Part shown: piece by piece, positions 31,929 through 32,000 of the stretch
Numbering within the stretch: position 1 is the stretch's first letter
How the letters are laid out: the number at the start of each line of letters is the position of its first letter
Assembly (NCBI GenBank): GCA_016712445.1
Contig: JADJRB010000010.1
Span: 85,778 to 117,777, forward strand
Length of the DNA: 32,000 bases
Direction of reading: 5' to 3'
Origin: Acidobacteriota bacterium
GTDB lineage: Bacteria > Pseudomonadota > Alphaproteobacteria > Caulobacterales > Hyphomonadaceae
Notes under the pieces: generated by a model
The model's input: the letters and a program-made list of their open reading frames with translations, nothing else
Told to the model about the DNA's origin: nothing
The model's database searches: none
Made by a program: the position numbers and the translations under genes

Positions 31929-32000
31929 AGCGCGTGTCCGGCCGTTCGATCGCTTCGATGACAGGCGTGAGGAAATCCGCGAGCGGCGCCGCGATGCGGA
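31929..32000 (-). CDS. 3' end of an unidentified CDS entering from the right edge
   Basis: The reverse complement reads ...RIAAPLADFLTPVIEAIERPDTR* with the stop at 31929-31931. It is too short to identify. Confidence 0.3.

Noticed and set aside
1-32000. CRISPR arrays, transposases/IS elements, prophage genes, toxin-antitoxin or known defence systems
   Set aside because: I scanned both strands and the ORF track. There are no repeat-spacer periodicity, no DDE/serine/tyrosine recombinase-like ORFs and no phage structural genes. The only repeats are the short REP-like hairpins at ~14820-15060, the intragenic PAKKA repeats and the DUF1428 duplication.

Overview
This is a GC-rich, gene-dense chromosomal window. 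Its gene content points to a dimorphic alphaproteobacterium of the Caulobacterales/Hyphomonadaceae type: clpS-clpA, a SciP-like DUF1153 regulator, a CtrA box, ybjN-proC, lgt with a MidA-type methyltransferase, and a phasin. That taxonomic call is an inference. I support about 40 CDS, one tRNA(CAU), two rho-independent terminators, a REP-like palindromic repeat patch and two regulatory motifs. There is no CRISPR array, transposase, integrase or recognisable defence system. Many long ORFs in the six-frame track are antisense shadows typical of GC-rich DNA, and I rejected them.

Most of the window is housekeeping: ClpA/ClpS, an S11 DD-carboxypeptidase, a KpsF-type isomerase, a CapD-like sugar dehydratase, PhhA, ProC, Lgt and an HU-family protein.

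The standout is a translationally coupled four-gene operon on the minus strand at 16063-18288. It encodes a drastically shortened FliF (about 215-222 aa: TM1, one ring-building motif, TM2, FliG-binding tail), a full FliG with its charged torque-helix residues intact, a short FlbE/FliH-position protein, and FliN. A perfect TTAA-N7-TTAAC CtrA box precedes it and a SciP-like gene sits next to it. No other flagellar gene lies in the 32 kb. This may be a reduced or repurposed rotor/C-ring module.

Secondary points of interest:
- a MarR-controlled five-gene detox/stress operon that includes a tandem DUF1428 fusion
- a bphO-bphP pair with Agp2-like architecture (HWE kinase plus receiver)
- an HU protein with an N-terminal AKP-rich histone-H1-like tail
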